From contig CAVWLW010000027.1 of the NCBI GenBank assembly GCA_963755715.1, positions 96,001 through 160,000 on the forward strand: a DNA stretch of 64,000 bases, read 5' to 3'. Numbering within the stretch: the stretch's first letter is position 1; each line of letters begins with the position of its first letter. Below are positions 63,914-64,000 of the stretch, piece by piece. The notes under the pieces were generated by a model. The model had not been told where the DNA came from. It made no database searches and saw only the letters and a program-made list of their open reading frames with translations. The position numbers were made by a program, and so were the translations under genes. This stretch comes from an uncultured delta proteobacterium. GTDB lineage: Bacteria; Desulfobacterota; Binatia; UBA9968.

Positions 63914-64000
63914 GAAGCTAAGTGATGAACGCCCGAACCATCACCCGCACGAGTACAAAATCGGCTTTCGTGTCCTCACTCCAACACTCCACTACTCCAT

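Overview
A GC-rich bacterial chromosomal region. The gene content (expanded Bug/TctC and ABC solute-binding proteins, multiple ornithine-cyclodeaminase paralogs, cupins, amidohydrolase, AddAB) resembles soil Deltaproteobacteria-like Candidatus Binatia; this is inference only. It mixes housekeeping genes (trxB, moaC, rlmI, radC, serA, purA, ggt, addAB, argC, pcaB/pcaIJ, yqjDEK) with many accessory catabolic and transport genes. Main findings: (1) two tandem half-size YeeE/YedE (TsuA/PmpAB-like) sulfur-transporter genes each have an in-frame TGA exactly at the conserved Cys and a SECIS-like hairpin just downstream, suggesting a two-subunit selenoprotein transporter near a CoA-persulfide reductase; (2) a ZMP/ZTP (pfl) riboswitch with an overlapping terminator leads an aminotransferase-serA-purA cluster; (3) an EutA-like ATPase is paired with a bicupin and has no eutBC nearby; (4) a GAF sensor kinase lacks the phospho-acceptor His and has a sigma54-type promoter. 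Many genes carry frameshifts that are most likely assembly indel errors. No rRNA, tRNA, CRISPR array or transposase was recognised.
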